Shown piece after piece: positions 30,553-32,000 of a stretch of 32,000 nucleotides of DNA. The position numbers were made by a program, and so were the translations under genes. This stretch comes from Dickeya dadantii NCPPB 898 (GTDB taxonomy: Bacteria; Pseudomonadota; Gammaproteobacteria; Enterobacterales; Enterobacteriaceae). The notes under the pieces were generated by a model. That model did no database searches, was not told the origin of the DNA, and was given only the letters and a program-made list of their open reading frames with translations. Where the stretch lies: positions 3,582,132 through 3,614,131 of the forward strand of contig NZ_CM001976.1 in assembly GCF_000406145.1 (NCBI RefSeq). The letters are read 5' to 3'. Position 1 is the stretch's first letter. Every line of letters starts with the position of its first letter.

Positions 30553-31344
30553 TCAGGAAACATCGAACTCTACCAGCAAAGGATTGTGATCAGATGCGTT
30601 GGTGACCAGCACCGACGAATTTGCTACCCCCAACTCGCGATAAAAGACAAAATCCAGCGGCCGGCCAAATGCACGGCGCCGTTGATCGTCAGAAAAAACC
30701 ACTTCGCCAAGCCCCATTCGATGGGCAAACCGATAAAGTGCGCTCACCCTGGGCTGACTCCAGGCATTAAAATCGCCCGCCATCACCACTGGTCCTTTGT
30801 GACGCTTCAGCTGTTCGCCAATAGTTTCAAGCTGTTTTGTATAGGCCTCAACACCCAGGCTGAAGTTGACAGCATGGATATTAATGACCATCAATAAACG
30901 CCCATCGCTCAGTGAATAAACCGTGATCAACGCTGATTTGGCCAGCCGAATCAACGGTTCTCTCTCACGCAACGGAAAGCAATACATAGGCTGCGCAGAT
31001 GATAACGTCATCACACCAGAAGGATGAGAAGGAAGAACAAAAGCAGGTACCTGCTCGGCGGAAAGATAATGCGTAGTGGCAAAACGAATCAGTTCAGGAC
31101 TTGATTGCGCTTCCTGCAACAGCATCAGTTGGGTGTTCTCGCCAAAATTTTTCAGGACCGAGAGCCAATTCGTACGCTGTTGCTTAAAAATATTCCACAC
31201 CATAACCCGCAACCGATCCTCCGTTGGCATCAGAGGCCCCGAAGATGCGGGCTGCTGTTTTAAATAATGCATTGCTGCAGGCTGAAAGATACGTTCAACA
31301 GGCTGCCCGGCAACGTACCTCATGGCATAGGTTTTCTTACGCAC
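30553..31344 (-). CDS. yafD: Endonuclease/exonuclease/phosphatase family protein YafD
   Basis: Colinear with E. coli YafD from (M)[14 protein letters not shown]. The in-frame GTG at 31344 is preceded by AGGAG with a 4-nt spacer. The ORF-track ATG at 31407 would add 21 non-conserved residues. Confidence 0.9.
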   Translation of the reverse strand: MRKKTYAMRYVAGQPVERIFQPAAMHYLKQQPASSGPLMPTEDRLRVMVWNIFKQQRTNWLSVLKNFGENTQLMLLQEAQSSPELIRFATTHYLSAEQVPAFVLPSHPSGVMTLSSAQPMYCFPLREREPLIRLAKSALITVYSLSDGRLLMVINIHAVNFSLGVEAYTKQLETIGEQLKRHKGPVVMAGDFNAWSQPRVSALYRFAHRMGLGEVVFSDDQRRRAFGRPLDFVFYRELGVANSSVLVTNASDHNPLLVEFDVS

Positions 31345-31478
31345 ATTGCTCCTGCTTATAACCGGTGAACTGTTAATCGTTATAGGGTTTTTGTCTTCGA
31401 GTTTCAATGGGTATAACTCGTCAGATGAAAAATTCGGTATCGCGGATGATAGTATGTAATGCAGCAGATGATGGCTTT

Positions 31479-31508
31479 AAAAAGATCGATTACGTAGTAA
31501 AAACGATC
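31479..31508 (-). terminator. Possible second (tandem) rrn-distal terminator
   Basis: On the minus strand, a GATCG ... CGATC hairpin is followed by TTTTT. The stem is short and the loop is large. Confidence 0.3.
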
Positions 31509-31539
31509 GCCAATCAGAGGATGGGTTAAAAATAATAGC

Positions 31540-31570
31540 AAAAAGCCCCGAGCTTATGCTCAGGGCTTTT
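31540..31570 (-). terminator. Rho-independent terminator of the rrn operon, after the distal tRNA-Asp
   Basis: Minus strand reads GCCCTGAGC-ATAA-GCTCGGGGC (one G-U pair) followed by TTTTTGC, 10 nt after the tRNA 3' end. Confidence 0.8.
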
Positions 31571-31576
31571 ATATGT

Positions 31577-31653
31577 TGGCGGTGCGGACGGGACTCGAAC
31601 CCGCGACCCCCGGCGTGACAGGCCGGTATTCTAACCGACTGAACTACCGCACC
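31577..31653 (-). tRNA. aspU: tRNA-Asp (anticodon GUC), distal gene of an rRNA operon
   Basis: 77 nt, identical to the copy at 25998-26074. It lies 64 nt downstream of the 5S rRNA, as in E. coli rrnH. Confidence 0.97.
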
Positions 31654-31717
31654 ACCGATTCTGTACGTTATCAGAGGAGTCAATCCGATAACCGGTGTCT
31701 TATTACACCCTAATTTG

Positions 31718-31837
31718 ATGCCTGGCAGTTCCCTACTCTCGCATGGGGAGACCCCACACTACCATCGGCGCTACGGCGTTTCACTTCTGAGTTCGGCATG
31801 GGGTCAGGTGGGACCACCGCGCTGTCGCCGCCAGGCA
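31718..31837 (-). rRNA. rrf: 5S ribosomal RNA
   Basis: 120 nt. The minus strand reads TGCCTGGCGGC...GGGAACTGCCAGGCAT, nearly identical to E. coli 5S rRNA. Confidence 0.98.
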
Positions 31838-31942
31838 AATTCTTTTCATCCCCGCCGTCACACTACCGTGCAACCACAGGAACCAATCCATCGAACAAGC
31901 CAAATACCGTCGTCTCTCTCACCAAAACACCTTCGGTGTTGT

Positions 31943-32000
31943 AAGGTTAAGCCTCTCGGGTCATTAGTACTGGTTAGCTCAACGTATCGCTACGCTTACA
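31943..32000 (-). rRNA. rrl: 23S ribosomal RNA, 3' terminal fragment truncated by the window edge
   Basis: The minus strand ends ...GTTGAGCTAACCAGTACTAATGACCCGAGAGGCTTAACCTT, matching the conserved 3' end of enterobacterial 23S rRNA. Confidence 0.95.

Overview
This window is a largely conserved chromosomal core region of an Enterobacterales genome. The proteins are colinear with E. coli K-12 orthologues as I recall them. The DNA looks GC-richer, reminiscent of Pectobacteriaceae, but the genus cannot be determined from the sequence alone. I support 32 CDS, two identical tRNA-Asp(GUC) genes, a complete 5S rRNA and the 3' end of a 23S rRNA. Gene order: mrcB, hrpB (-); thpR, sfsA, dksA, gluQ, pcnB, folK, panB, panC, panD (+); yadH, yadG (-); can (+); hpt (-); a 4.1-kb accessory islet; yacC, speE, speD (+); nrdHIEF (+); tRNA-Asp, dnaQ (-); rnhA (+); yafS (-); gloB, mltD (+); yafD (-); tRNA-Asp, 5S, 23S (-). 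The islet holds a GNAT acetyltransferase, a proline-rich secreted protein, and a convergent FbpB/FbpC-like ABC permease and ATPase pair with no binding-protein gene. I found no CRISPR array, IS element, integrase, phage gene or recognisable defence system, and I do not claim a new system with confidence. The most unusual content is the hpt-yacC islet. Its single ABC ATPase carries substitutions in both the signature motif (LSGGQ to LSREQ) and the H-loop (His to Ser), and its operon lacks a solute-binding protein. Other notable points: a conserved non-AUG (AUU/AUC) start for pcnB; an internal PBP1B start after the acidic tract; a 15-nt coding tandem repeat inserted in hrpB; an nrdHIEF promoter overlapped by two NrdR boxes; nrdHIEF wedged between speED and the 3' end of tRNA-Asp; and a dksA-gluQ terminator with a tandem duplicated 3' arm. 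All similarity statements come from memory and reading by eye; nothing was computed against a database.
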